From the NCBI GenBank assembly GCA_963693365.1, contig CAVNZM010000002.1:13797615-13861614 (forward strand): a stretch of 64,000 bases of DNA, written 5' to 3'. Shown here in pieces: positions 63,857 through 64,000 of this stretch; positions within the stretch are counted from its first letter, which is position 1; the number at the start of each line of letters is the position of its first letter. The DNA is from Amoebidium appalachense (taxonomy: Eukaryota; Protista; Ichthyosporea). A model generated the notes under the pieces. It was not told the origin of the DNA. It searched no databases and was given only the letters and a program-made list of their open reading frames with translations. A program made the translations under genes and the position numbers.

Positions 63857-64000
63857 GACTCACGCGGAATATTAATCATCTTGAAAGTTTTAAAGTCGAT
63901 CTGCGTGGTTGAGGTACTCAAACTAAGAAGAAGAAAAAGGGTTGATAAAACTAATAAATAGGCAGTAATAATGGTGCTGGGTGGAAGAGGTAGTTCCCCC

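Overview
Intron-rich eukaryotic nuclear DNA saturated with poly-G/poly-C and (CA)n/(GT)n tracts. A metazoan-type receptor tyrosine kinase, FKBP15, a PDSS2-type subunit and code-4 mitochondrial fragments together suggest a unicellular holozoan (inference). Most ORFs in the supplied track are microsatellite artefacts. Genes I could assemble by hand from splice sites and reading phase: PDSS2/DLP1-like (5' partial), an intronless BTB-SPRY gene with one frameshift, COX5A, FKBP15-like (its introns hold a nested LRR-like gene relic, a mosaic NUMT and two TTAA-flanked MITEs), a receptor tyrosine kinase and a ubiquitin-conjugating E2. Mobile DNA: a 5'-truncated Helitron whose helicase was fused to an OTU protease and later split by a 104-bp insert with a 12-bp TSD; a young full-length Ngaro-type tyrosine-recombinase retrotransposon (A1-gag-RT/RH-YR-B1-A2-spacer-B2) whose recombinase appears to need a host-style spliceosomal intron; and a structured ~180-bp repeat family always found between poly-C tracts. 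The most unusual signals are the intron-dependent YR retroelement, 3' splice sites built on (CA)n instead of a pyrimidine tract, the C-tract repeat family, and a shared 21-nt leader in front of the mitochondrial genes. All calls come from manual reading; no database search was run.
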